DNA of 64,000 nt from Minisyncoccota bacterium (GCA_016782605.1 JADHYE010000001.1:11128-75127); one strand, 5' to 3'; shown: positions 46,036 to 55,217, counted from the first letter of the stretch. The notes: a model not told the origin generated them from the letters alone. Program-made: numbers and translations.

Positions 46036-47112
46036 TTAAAATAATCTGGCAACGTCTTTTATCGTCACCAAAACCATTAATAAAAGTAATAAACTGAAAA
46101 ATACAGCTGTTATGTTCTGCTCCACTTTTTCGCTAATCGGCCTTCTCCTGATAGCTTCAATCCCCAGAAATAATATCTTGCCTCCGTCAACTGCTGGAAT
46201 GGGCAGAATATTGAAAATAGCGATATAAATGGCCACTATGCCGACAAATTGCAGAAAATAATTCGTTCCCATCTGGCTAGCCTGAGTAAAAAGATGAACG
46301 ACCCCTACCGGACCCATCAGTTCAACTCCCGAAGACTGGCCTTGAACAATATTGCTTATCACTTGGCCGTAACCTTTAATTATTGCTCCTGTCATATTAA
46401 CCGTTGCCACCAATCCCTGCCAAGGAGCCTGGTACCAGGAAAAAGACTGCATTGCTGTTCTGACTAAAGCTACGCCCAAAGGACCTTCTCCTGCTGGCGG
46501 CGAAACTCGAGGTACGACTTTGACGTCAAAAACTTCATTCCCCCTTTCAACCGTCAAAACAATCTCTTCTCCTAAATGAGTATTACTGAACTCCTGCACT
46601 TCCCGTATTTTACCAACAGCCAATTGCTCCTCGCTAATTGCCATTCCTTTTATCGTATCCCCAGGTTGTAAGCCAGCAAGTTTTGCCGGAGAGCCAGCAG
46701 AAATGCTAGCAATCTGCACTCTTGGATTAACTAAACCAGAAGCTTCATCGTCTACAGCCACTGCTGTTCCTAAATTGAAAACAATAGCAAATAGAATTGC
46801 TGCCACTATCCAAAAAGAAAGCACTCCGGCAAAAGCAATTAAAGCCCTTTTCCAGACAGCCTGACCTGAAAAACTGCGAGGGTCATTTACCTGACCTATT
46901 TCGCCCGGCATTTTTACGAAAGCACCTAGGGGCAGAAGATTTAAAGAATAAATAGTATCGCCAATTTTTTTTCCGAATATCCTGGGAGGGAAACCTATGC
47001 CAAATTCTTCAACTTTTACTCCGAATTTCTTTGCTACGATAAAATGGCCGAATTCGTGAAGAGTTACTAGCCCTATTAAGCTTAAAGAAGCGATAAGAAT
47101 TGTTAAAAACAT
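46036..47112 (-). CDS. rseP: site-2 (RseP-type, M50) zinc metalloprotease
   Basis: HEFGHF motif, PDZ-like segment, several TM helices. Confidence 0.85.
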   Translation of the reverse strand: MFLTILIASLSLIGLVTLHEFGHFIVAKKFGVKVEEFGIGFPPRIFGKKIGDTIYSLNLLPLGAFVKMPGEIGQVNDPRSFSGQAVWKRALIAFAGVLSFWIVAAILFAIVFNLGTAVAVDDEASGLVNPRVQIASISAGSPAKLAGLQPGDTIKGMAISEEQLAVGKIREVQEFSNTHLGEEIVLTVERGNEVFDVKVVPRVSPPAGEGPLGVALVRTAMQSFSWYQAPWQGLVATVNMTGAIIKGYGQVISNIVQGQSSGVELMGPVGVVHLFTQASQMGTNYFLQFVGIVAIYIAIFNILPIPAVDGGKILFLGIEAIRRRPISEKVEQNITAVFFSLLLLLMVLVTIKDVARLF

Positions 47113-47113
47113 A

Positions 47114-47245
47114 CCCTGTATATCAACATCCAGGCATTTTCAATGCGAAAACACCCTGAAGATTGTCTTTATTTAATAATATATTTAACATAATAACTTT
47201 GTTTGAGATTTTAATACGAAGTATTCTGGATGTTGTATCACGGGG
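47114..47245 (-). mobile_element. family A element, copy A5
   Basis: 132 bp, flanked by cata at 47110-47113 and 47246-47249. 47112-47110 is the rseP ATG. Confidence 0.7.
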
Positions 47246-47249
47246 CATA

Positions 47250-47810
47250 TTATTCTGATATTTCTTTTTTCTTATTCTCTCCCATTTCTTCTATCTTTTT
47301 ATTGTAATCGTCAACCAACTCCTGAAGCTCGTCTTTAGCCCGGAACTTGTCATCCTCCCTGATTTCTCCCTGTTTTGTTTTATCCTGGATTTCACTCCAA
47401 ACCTCTTCCCTCCACTTTCTAATAGTCCTTCTTGACTGTTCTTCTTTTTCCGCAATGGTCCTGGTTAAATTCTTCCTGTATTCTTCGTTCAAAGGCGGCA
47501 AATTAATCCTGACTGCATCCTTGTCAACAATTGGATTAGCGCCGATTCCCGTCTTTTCCAAAGCTGAAACAATGCCTTCGATATAAGACTTATCCCAAGG
47601 CTGAATTAAAATCTGCTTTGCCTCAGGTGTAGAAATGGCAGCCAATTGTTTTAAAGGAAACTTCTGGCCGAAACAGTCAACAACAACATCCTCCACCAAA
47701 GAAGGCGTTGCCCTGCTGGTACGAATCTTATTCATTTCCTTTTCTAAAAAGCCGATTACCTTGTCTAATTCCGGTTTAATATTTTGAATGATTGTTTTGT
47801 AGCTATCCAT
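47250..47810 (-). CDS. frr: ribosome recycling factor
   Basis: 186 aa, Frr-like throughout (..IRTSRATPSLVE..). Confidence 0.95.
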   Translation of the reverse strand: MDSYKTIIQNIKPELDKVIGFLEKEMNKIRTSRATPSLVEDVVVDCFGQKFPLKQLAAISTPEAKQILIQPWDKSYIEGIVSALEKTGIGANPIVDKDAVRINLPPLNEEYRKNLTRTIAEKEEQSRRTIRKWREEVWSEIQDKTKQGEIREDDKFRAKDELQELVDDYNKKIEEMGENKKKEISE

Positions 47811-47811
47811 A

Positions 47812-47943
47812 CCCTGTGTATCAACATCCAGGCATTTTCAATGCGAAAACATCCTGAAGATTGTTTTTATTTAATAATATATTTAACATAATAACTTTGT
47901 TTGAGATTTTAATACGAAGTATTCTGGATGTTGTATTACGGGG
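47812..47943 (-). mobile_element. family A element, copy A6
   Basis: 132 bp, flanked by cata at 47808-47811 and 47944-47947. 47810-47808 is the frr ATG. Confidence 0.7.
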
Positions 47944-47951
47944 CATAAAAA

Positions 47952-48842
47952 TTACATTTCCATTACCAGTCTTTCCAGAGCCAATCTGGCGTTAACATTG
48001 GTCTGGGCAAGCAGTAATTTTGTCGTTTGAATTAGATTAATAATATTTTTTAATTTATCAGCTGAATAACTTTTAAAGCTAATATCGGAATTGCCAGAAG
48101 AAAAACGGGCAAGCAGAATGTCCCTGAAATAATTAAGCCAGACATCCAGGGTTTTTTGCGTTTCTATCGGCTCTTCGCTCAAATCTTTTACGTACTGGAA
48201 ACGGGAATAAAGCATTGATTTTGAAAGATTTTTAACTTCTTCTATTTTTTTCTTGAACGCTCCAACCGCTTTTTTATCGGAAACGAAATCCATAACCAGT
48301 CCCGGTTTCCCAGAAGAAATGGAAGAAAGCTCTTCTGCCTCTTTTTTCAAAAACCCTTTGTCTAATAGATAGCGATTGATTTCTTCTTCTTTGACCGGAT
48401 TAAACTTTACAACCTGAACGCGGGAAAGAATGGTCGGTAAAAGATAATGTATTTTGTCGCTGATTAAGATTAAAACGCTGTCACCCCTCGGCTCTTCCAA
48501 TGTTTTTAAAAGCGCTGTCTGTGCCTCCTGATTCATTAAGTGGGCATTATCTATAACAGCTGCTTTCACCGAATTAAAAGAGCTTTTAAGCGAAAATCTG
48601 CGAATCAAATCCCTTATCTGGGAAATCTTTATCTCTTTTTCCTCAGGCGTAACAAGAACAAAATCTGGATGATTGCCAAAATCCTTACTGACTTTATCGC
48701 CAAAAAGCAGCGAAACCCATTGTAAAGCCAAAGTCCTTTTCCCTAATTTTTCGGAACCGGCAAATAAATAAGCGTGGGAAAAAGTCTTAGTCTCAGCCAA
48801 TTTTTTCAAAAGATTCCATTGTTTTTGGTGTCCGACCAACAT
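47952..48842 (-). CDS. holB: DNA polymerase III delta-prime-like clamp-loader subunit
   Basis: AAA+-like with a degenerate P-loop (GSEKLGKRT), LLKTLEEP and SRVQ motifs. Confidence 0.7.
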   Translation of the reverse strand: MLVGHQKQWNLLKKLAETKTFSHAYLFAGSEKLGKRTLALQWVSLLFGDKVSKDFGNHPDFVLVTPEEKEIKISQIRDLIRRFSLKSSFNSVKAAVIDNAHLMNQEAQTALLKTLEEPRGDSVLILISDKIHYLLPTILSRVQVVKFNPVKEEEINRYLLDKGFLKKEAEELSSISSGKPGLVMDFVSDKKAVGAFKKKIEEVKNLSKSMLYSRFQYVKDLSEEPIETQKTLDVWLNYFRDILLARFSSGNSDISFKSYSADKLKNIINLIQTTKLLLAQTNVNARLALERLVMEM

Positions 48843-48845
48843 AGC

Positions 48846-49847
48846 TTATCTTTTATTCATTATGCTCTTTTTGTAAACATCAAGGTTTTCCAAAACTACG
48901 CCCGTTCCTTTGGCCACGCAAAGCAAAGGGTCTTCAGCCAGAAAGCAAGGGACGCCTGTTTCCCGGGAAATCATTTCTGTAATATTTCTTAACAATGCGC
49001 CGCCACCAGAAACGATCATGCCTTTGTCGATTATGTCGGCTGACAATTCAGGCGGCGTATCCCTTAATACAGTTTTAATAACATGGATAATATCTCCCAA
49101 GATTTCAGAGATCGCTTCGGCAATTTCGTTGGAAGAAATTTTAACTGTCCGGGGCAAACCGGAAACCAAATCCCTGCCGCGAATTTCTATAAATCTTGGC
49201 TCTTTTTCCGGTATAGCTGTACCTATTTTCATTTTAACCTCCTCTGCTGTCTGTTCTCCGATAGCTAAATTGTATTTTTTCTTTATATAATCTGAAATGG
49301 CAAAATCCATTTTGTCTCCGCCGATCCTGATAGAATTACAAGTGACTATTCCCCCCAAAGATATGACAGCTATTTCAGAAGTCCCGCCGCCGATATCAAC
49401 AATCATATTGCCAGAACAGGAATTAATCGGAATGCCAGCGCCAATGGCTGCTAAAATCGGCTCTTTTGCCAAATATGCCTGTTTGGCACCCGCATTCAAA
49501 GCAGCTTCAATTACCGCTCTTTTCTCGGTTGAGGTAATGCCAGCTGGCACGCCTATCATTAATTCAGGTTTTAAGAAACGCCAAAAACCGCATACTTTAT
49601 CAATAAAATGCCTTAGCATTGCCTGAGTCACCCTGAAATCAGCAATCACCCCGTCTTTTAAAGGACGATAAACCCTAATTGTGTCTGGAGTACGACCGAT
49701 CATTTCTTTTGCTTCTTCCCCGATTGCCAGAATTCTGTTCTCTTCTAGGGCAACAGCAACAACTGAAGGCTCTTGCAAAACCACTCCTTTACCGGGAAGA
49801 AAAACCAAAGAATTGGCAGTACCCAAATCTATACCTATTTTTCTCAT
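48846..49847 (-). CDS. MreB/actin-like protein (paralog 2)
   Basis: DLGTANS and DIGGGTSE motifs. 333 aa. Confidence 0.85.
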   Translation of the reverse strand: MRKIGIDLGTANSLVFLPGKGVVLQEPSVVAVALEENRILAIGEEAKEMIGRTPDTIRVYRPLKDGVIADFRVTQAMLRHFIDKVCGFWRFLKPELMIGVPAGITSTEKRAVIEAALNAGAKQAYLAKEPILAAIGAGIPINSCSGNMIVDIGGGTSEIAVISLGGIVTCNSIRIGGDKMDFAISDYIKKKYNLAIGEQTAEEVKMKIGTAIPEKEPRFIEIRGRDLVSGLPRTVKISSNEIAEAISEILGDIIHVIKTVLRDTPPELSADIIDKGMIVSGGGALLRNITEMISRETGVPCFLAEDPLLCVAKGTGVVLENLDVYKKSIMNKR

Positions 49848-49877
49848 AAATATATTAACAATTAATTCAAATCTATC

Positions 49878-51074
49878 TTATCTTAATTCCCGTCTTTTGA
49901 CAAATATACCAACTATCAAAACTACAATAACTACGAAAATACCGCCGAAAATAAACACTAAATCATATCCCAGAAAACCAATAAGCAAGCCGGAAACCAA
50001 AGCTCCTAAAGCAACGCCTAAAGGAGCAAAAACAGTATCAATGGCACTGGCTTCTTCCGGCTCTGTCTTAAAGCTTCTGGAGACCAATCCTGAACGGCCA
50101 GAATTGCAAATTAAAGCGCCAGCAGAACGTAAAACATTAATCAGCAAAACGCTGAAAAAATTCAAAAAGCCACTAGCTAGACCAAAGACAATCGATAATA
50201 GTCCAGCAATTAATCCGCCCCGAAAAATACTTGCTCTACTATTGCTCTTTTCTAAATATTTAATAAGTAAGAAAGATAAGGGAAGAAACAAAACTGAAAA
50301 AACTGAAATAAAAATCAGAATTAAATTCTGCGACCAGACCAATTGCTCTTTTAAAAATAAAACGAAGAAAGCATGGTAAAAACCGGCCAAAAGCAAAACG
50401 GAAAAAGAAATCAAAAGAAAAGGCAGAATACTTCTCTTTTTTAAAAGTTGAAAAATCTTTTGGTAGTTATTCTGGGAATCCCTGACCTTAAAGCCTGCAT
50501 CCGTTAAAGTTCTCGCTGGTTTCCTTAGTTTAAAAAAGCAAAAAAAGGCGGTAAAAAGATGAAGTGCCATGCTTAAAATAAACACGCCGACAAAATTAAA
50601 CTGCCAGACAAAAAAAGCGCCGATAGCCGGAGCAATGGCATCAGCATAAAAAGGAGCAGAATAAAACCAACCGAAAGACCTGTCAGCATTCTCTAAAGGA
50701 AAACCCATTAAAATAGACCTAATTGAAACAAAAAACAAGGCAGCAGAAACCCCTAGCAAAACCTGCCAGAAATAAAACAATGCCTGGTTTTGAATTAAAA
50801 TCATACCCAGAGCGTAAAGAGCGTAACCAAAAATTCCAATAGCTGAAAGTATGGCCGGATTAATCTTGTGATTCAAAAAACCGGCAATCGGAGCGAATAA
50901 AGCAAGAGGCAAATAAATAAGCAGAAAAGCATAACCAACCTCAGGTAAAGACAAACCACGAGTAACCAAAAACAAAGGGAAATACAAAGAAAATGTTTTG
51001 TAGCCAAACAATAAAAAGAAATGGACTATGGTTGCGTCCATGGTTATCTTTTCTATCTTGGGAATGAAAAACAT
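49878..51074 (-). CDS. MFS-type transporter (putative)
   Basis: 398 aa with about 12 hydrophobic segments. Confidence 0.55.
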   Translation of the reverse strand: MFFIPKIEKITMDATIVHFFLLFGYKTFSLYFPLFLVTRGLSLPEVGYAFLLIYLPLALFAPIAGFLNHKINPAILSAIGIFGYALYALGMILIQNQALFYFWQVLLGVSAALFFVSIRSILMGFPLENADRSFGWFYSAPFYADAIAPAIGAFFVWQFNFVGVFILSMALHLFTAFFCFFKLRKPARTLTDAGFKVRDSQNNYQKIFQLLKKRSILPFLLISFSVLLLAGFYHAFFVLFLKEQLVWSQNLILIFISVFSVLFLPLSFLLIKYLEKSNSRASIFRGGLIAGLLSIVFGLASGFLNFFSVLLINVLRSAGALICNSGRSGLVSRSFKTEPEEASAIDTVFAPLGVALGALVSGLLIGFLGYDLVFIFGGIFVVIVVLIVGIFVKRRELR

Positions 51075-51090
51075 ATTCAGTTATTCTAGC

Positions 51091-51129
51091 AAAAAAAATA
51101 GCGGGTAGCCATTACAATTGACTACCCGC
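51091..51129 (-). terminator. strong intrinsic terminator after the 51135-51893 gene
   Basis: Minus strand reads GCGGGTAG-tcaattgtaatgg-CTACCCGC followed by TATTTTTTTT. Confidence 0.8.
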
Positions 51130-51134
51130 ACTGC

Positions 51135-51893
51135 TCACAGAGCAGATAACTTCTCCTCAACTCCACTGATGTGGAATTTAGCACTCAGCCCAGTCTCCTT
51201 CTGAGACCTCTCATATAACTTTATGGCCGTTCTGTACTCCGTCTTTGCTCTTCGTGTCTCTCCGATTTCCCTAAGGGCATCGGCCTTGTTCTGTTTGGCA
51301 TGCCCCGCTGTTCGGAGATCTCCCTTTGCCAAAGCAGTCTTATGCACCTTTTCGCACACTTGAACACTCTCAGCGAACCTTCCCTCACGACGAAGGGTAA
51401 TGGCCTTGGTATTCCAAACCGATGGCTCTTCGGAGAATGATGCAACAGCCTTATTGATAACTGACCAAGTCTCTGGCTTTTTATCTAAAAGCCAAAGTGC
51501 CAAGGGCAGCCCATTCAAACAGGAAATTTTCCTGCTTTTGTTTCTGGTATTAAGAGCTTCCCGAAACGAAAGCTCTGCTAGTTTAAGGTTGCCCTTCCTG
51601 GTTGCGACCGGGCCTTTGATTGAGATATAATAGTAATCCCATCCCAATATCCGGTTAGCCTCGGCAATCTCTTCTTTGCCGGTTAAACTTACTTTGTTCT
51701 TCTTGATCAAGGCAACTGACTCATCATATTTACCATCTGCATACAATTTCTTAGCCAGTTTCAAGATCTTTTGGGCCGGCATCGCTTTGGCAATTTCCTG
51801 CTCTTTTTTAAAGAACAGATAAACCATTGCATTGCAACCGGTAACAAAGCCCAATAGCAAGATAAATCCTGCTGAAAGAAAAAACTCTGCCAT
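51135..51893 (-). CDS. membrane-anchored TPR-like repeat protein, GC-richer than its surroundings
   Basis: 252 aa with an N-terminal TM helix and helical repeats. Preceded by AAAGGAGGTG (51908-51899), 5 nt before the ATG. Confidence 0.45.
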   Translation of the reverse strand: MAEFFLSAGFILLLGFVTGCNAMVYLFFKKEQEIAKAMPAQKILKLAKKLYADGKYDESVALIKKNKVSLTGKEEIAEANRILGWDYYYISIKGPVATRKGNLKLAELSFREALNTRNKSRKISCLNGLPLALWLLDKKPETWSVINKAVASFSEEPSVWNTKAITLRREGRFAESVQVCEKVHKTALAKGDLRTAGHAKQNKADALREIGETRRAKTEYRTAIKLYERSQKETGLSAKFHISGVEEKLSAL

Positions 51894-52066
51894 CTCGGCA
51901 CCTCCTTTCTTTATTTCTTATCTTTCGTTAATATATTAATCAAATCCTTACCTTGCAGGATATAATATGAATTCAACCTCCATCTCTCTTCTCTGCTCCT
52001 CACCATATATATCAACCCATATTGGACATAAAATGAACCACCGCTCCCCTCCTTCTACAATCACAT

Positions 52067-52095
52067 ATATTACCACGCTCTTTCCAAAATGTCAA
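52067..52095 (-). promoter_or_regulatory. consensus sigma70 promoter TTGACA-N17-TAATAT
   Basis: -35 at 52095-52090 and -10 at 52072-52067 on the minus strand. Would give a leader of about 170 nt to the 51893 ATG. TTGA of the -35 is also the flanking repeat of element C2. Confidence 0.6.
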
Positions 52096-52165
52096 CCCCA
52101 TTAGAAGTCCGCCTTGCCGGAGGCATGGCGACAGCCACCAAGGGGGCAGCTTACTTCTAACGGAG
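52096..52165. mobile_element. family C hairpin element, copy C2
   Basis: 70 bp. Arms are ccccattagaagt / acttctaacggag with a GC-rich interior. Flanked by tcaa at 52092-52095 and 52166-52169. Confidence 0.6.
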
Positions 52166-52177
52166 TCAAGATTGAGG

Positions 52178-52183
52178 TATAAT
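52178..52183 (+). promoter_or_regulatory. -10 hexamer TATAAT placing a predicted TSS on the A of the upstream duplicated ATG (52190)
   Basis: TATAAT-AATCAT-ATG. The -35 is weak. Confidence 0.35.
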
Positions 52184-52192
52184 AATCATATG

Positions 52193-52264
52193 CCAGGTAG
52201 TGAAAATTCAACCACTGCCGCGGCAGTGAAAAAAATAATAATTTGTCGAATTTCTACTACCTAG
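52193..52264 (+). mobile_element. family B element, copy B3 (inverted relative to B1 and B2, matching its plus-strand gene)
   Basis: 72 bp, flanked by tatg at 52189-52192 and 52265-52268. 52266-52268 is the ATG of the 52266-53570 gene. Confidence 0.7.
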
Positions 52265-52265
52265 T

Positions 52266-53570
52266 ATGACCAAAAAGACAAAAACAATACTGTTTTTAGC
52301 CTGCTTACTTGCATTCATCCTGTTAGCTCCCTCAATAGTCCTGTACTCCCAAGGATACAGAATTGATTTTAATCCTCCAGAAGGCGGAAAAATGATTACC
52401 CAAACCGGAGGCCTTTTTTTGAAAGTCACGCCCAAACAAACAGATATTTATATTGACGGCAAACCTAAAAAAAGAACTGATTTTCTATTCGGTTCTGTTT
52501 TAATTGAAAACCTCATTCCTGGAAAGTACAAAGTAGAAATCAAAAAATTAACCAGCCAGGAAGAATACTATCCCTGGGAGAAAAACCTGGAAATACGGGA
52601 AAAACAGGTAACTGAAGCCAAGAACGTTGTCCTTTTCCCGAAAAACGTTAATTTCAACGTCTTATCAACCAACGTAGAACAGCTTTGGCTTTCTCTGGAC
52701 CAAAAGAAACTAATCTTAAAGGAAAATGAAAAAGCCAGCTGGTCCTTAAAGCTTTACGACCCGGAAAAGAATATAAAAAGCTATTTAATAAGCGACGAGG
52801 ATTTCTTCACGAAAGAACCCCAATTAATCAATCTGAAATTCTCGGGAGACTCAAGAAGTATTAATCTGGAAGTCAGCATAAAAGAAGCAATACAATCTTT
52901 TTCTCTGCAACTTGACCAAGCAAAACCAACTTTAAATAAAAAAACAGCAGCCACAACGACAACTGGAAACGCTGCTATCTCGCAACAAGCAGGCAATGAT
53001 ATATATTATCTGGACAGTTTCGGCTATCTTTTCAGGAATAAAGAAAAGCTGGCAGAAACTCCCTTTCAAACAAAACAAGAAACAGAATATGCTTTAGATA
53101 TTTTCAACGGCAACATATTCTTAAAAGAAAACGACAAACTGTACAAATTCAATTACAATCTGAAAACATTTGAACATTTCTTTGACGGAATCAATATCTT
53201 AAAGCTTTCTCCGGACAATAAAAAACTGCTTTACGCTTCAAACAATGAAATGTGGATTCTTTTCCTGGAAGACAAAATCGACCAGCCGCAGAAAAAATCA
53301 GGAGAGAAAATCTTTTTAATCCGCTTATCAGACCAAATCACAAGCATCTCCTGGATAAACGACAATTACCTGGCTTTTCTTGCCGGCAATACCGTTAAAA
53401 TCATTGAAATAGACGACAGGGACAGAATAAACGTTATAGACATCTTTGAAACAAAAAACCTCCCTCAAGAAGGAAGCATTAATGAAATGTCCTGGAACAG
53501 GTTTGACAATAAAATCTATCTCTTGGACGAAAACGGCTATTTATATAGCTCTAACGTCCTGCTCCCGTAA
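52266..53570 (+). CDS. hypothetical membrane-anchored protein with a PEGA-like domain and a C-terminal propeller-like region
   Basis: 434 aa. N-terminal TM helix, and TDIYIDGKPKKRT...PGKYKVEIKK resembling PEGA. Confidence 0.5.
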   Translation: MTKKTKTILFLACLLAFILLAPSIVLYSQGYRIDFNPPEGGKMITQTGGLFLKVTPKQTDIYIDGKPKKRTDFLFGSVLIENLIPGKYKVEIKKLTSQEEYYPWEKNLEIREKQVTEAKNVVLFPKNVNFNVLSTNVEQLWLSLDQKKLILKENEKASWSLKLYDPEKNIKSYLISDEDFFTKEPQLINLKFSGDSRSINLEVSIKEAIQSFSLQLDQAKPTLNKKTAATTTTGNAAISQQAGNDIYYLDSFGYLFRNKEKLAETPFQTKQETEYALDIFNGNIFLKENDKLYKFNYNLKTFEHFFDGINILKLSPDNKKLLYASNNEMWILFLEDKIDQPQKKSGEKIFLIRLSDQITSISWINDNYLAFLAGNTVKIIEIDDRDRINVIDIFETKNLPQEGSINEMSWNRFDNKIYLLDENGYLYSSNVLLP

Positions 53571-54269
53571 TTTGATTTTCTTTTTAAAAGCTTCCCAGCC
53601 CATTTCTCCGGTATTGGCTATAACGCAAACTTCCTTGAACTGGCAATAACGACACTGCCAATTATCGGGGTAATCCGATAATCTGTCGGGAATAACGTTC
53701 TTATCAATCTTCTTTCTAATACCAGCCAAAAAGTCCAAAAGAGAAAGGGCGCATTTTTTATCGTATTTTACGACAAAATCCTTCAGCTGCTGGTTATCTT
53801 TATTAACGTAAAGCAGTATTCCTTTAGGAATCTTAAAATAATGGAGATAAAGCTGAAGCTGAGCAATATTTTCCTCCTTTGGCTCAGTTAACTTACCAAA
53901 AATCATGCTGTTCATACTTTTAATATCCAAAACATATAGTTCCTTGCCATCGCTGATTATGGCATCAGCCCTGCCTGAAATCAGTTCCTGAGGAGGAATA
54001 TTAACTTCGGCAGCCACCACATGGATTTCCCTGGTGCTCAAAAGCGGCTTCATAATAAGCTGATGGATGTGGTCGCCATGGTCAAACAGCCTTAGAATAT
54101 TGGCCTCCATCTCCTTTCTGGGAACATTCTTGAACTTAAAAAACAAAGCTCTGCCGCATTTGCCTGCGTCAGTAATATAAAAGTGATGCTGCTCTTTATC
54201 TCTTTGCCTGTCCAAATAGAATTTATCGATTATATCTTTAAGAAACATAGAGTTTATCTCTTCTGCCAC
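53541..54269 (-). CDS. PD-(D/E)XK nuclease with a Cas4-like 4-Cys arrangement
   Basis: One N-terminal Cys (DAGKCGRA), a D..DIK catalytic-type motif, QLQLY, and C-terminal CRYCQFKEVC (Cx2Cx5C). Confidence 0.6.
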   Translation of the reverse strand: MAEEINSMFLKDIIDKFYLDRQRDKEQHHFYITDAGKCGRALFFKFKNVPRKEMEANILRLFDHGDHIHQLIMKPLLSTREIHVVAAEVNIPPQELISGRADAIISDGKELYVLDIKSMNSMIFGKLTEPKEENIAQLQLYLHYFKIPKGILLYVNKDNQQLKDFVVKYDKKCALSLLDFLAGIRKKIDKNVIPDRLSDYPDNWQCRYCQFKEVCVIANTGEMGWEAFKKKIKLREQDVRAI

Positions 54270-54739
54270 TGAGGAGCACGACGAGCGCGCTTCAATCCGA
54301 ACTTCTTTCTTTCCCTCATCCTCGGGTCTCTTTTCAAAAAACCAGCTTTTTTCAACTGTTTCCTCAATTCTGGATCGAATAAAACTAAAGCGCGAGTTAA
54401 ACCGTGCCTGACAGCTTCAGCCTGGGAAGTCGTCCCTCCCCCTTTAACTTTTACTGAAACCTGAAATTTGTCAGAATAATCAGTCAAAATCAAAGGAGAA
54501 AAAATAATACGCTGAAGGTATTTTGTCGGAAAATAATTTTCAAAAGTCCTTGTATTTATTAAAAAGGTCTTTTCTTTTTGAACAGAAATTCTCACCCTGG
54601 CTACAGCTGTCTTTCTCCTGCCTATGCCCTCAAAATACCTGGCTACTTTAGGTTTAACTGTTACTTTGGCAGTTTTTTTAGCTGGAGCTTTTTTGACTTT
54701 CTTTACTGTTTCTTTTTTTGTTTTTTTAGCCTTTGGCAT
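54254..54739 (-). CDS. rpsI: 30S ribosomal protein S9 with a Lys-rich N-terminal extension
   Basis: C-terminus ..RERKKFGLKRARRAPQWQKR is canonical S9. The ORF-track start (54760) runs into repeat A7. ATG at 54739 gives MPKAKKTKK... Confidence 0.9.
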   Translation of the reverse strand: MPKAKKTKKETVKKVKKAPAKKTAKVTVKPKVARYFEGIGRRKTAVARVRISVQKEKTFLINTRTFENYFPTKYLQRIIFSPLILTDYSDKFQVSVKVKGGGTTSQAEAVRHGLTRALVLFDPELRKQLKKAGFLKRDPRMRERKKFGLKRARRAPQWQKR

Positions 54740-54740
54740 A

Positions 54741-54872
54741 CCCCGTATATCAACATCCAAGCATTTTCAATGCGAAAACACTCTGAAGGCTGTTTTTATT
54801 TAATAATATATTCAACATAATAACTTTGTTTGATATTTTAATACGAAGTATTCTGGATGTTGTATTACAGGG
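54741..54872 (-). mobile_element. family A element, copy A7
   Basis: 132 bp, flanked by cata at 54737-54740 and 54873-54876. The rplM stop codon (54867-54865) lies inside the element. Confidence 0.7.
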
Positions 54873-55215
54873 CATATTTTAATCTTTTAATCATTTTTGC
54901 TCTTAATTTATTCTTGGGCAGCATGCCAAAAACCGCTTTCCTCAAAACTTCTTCCGGATTCTTCTCAAATAACTTCTCCAAAGTTATCTCCTTCAAGCTT
55001 CCCAGATATCCAGAATGACGGTAGTATTTCTTCTGTTTGGCTTTTTTGCCGGTGAATTTCAACTTATCAACGTTTTGGACAATAACAACATCGCCGATAT
55101 CTTTGTACGGCGCAAAGTCTGCTTTCTGTTTCCCCCTCAAAAGCAAAGCTATTTCAACAGCCAGTCTGCCTAAAACCTTATCAGTAGCGTCTATTTTGTG
55201 GGTTTTGCGTTCCAT
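54865..55215 (-). CDS. rplM: 50S ribosomal protein L13
   Basis: 116 aa, L13-like (..VLGRLAVEIALLLRGK..). The last residues (..YAL*) are encoded by TATG plus element A7. Confidence 0.9.
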   Translation of the reverse strand: MERKTHKIDATDKVLGRLAVEIALLLRGKQKADFAPYKDIGDVVIVQNVDKLKFTGKKAKQKKYYRHSGYLGSLKEITLEKLFEKNPEEVLRKAVFGMLPKNKLRAKMIKRLKYAL

Positions 55216-55217
55216 AG

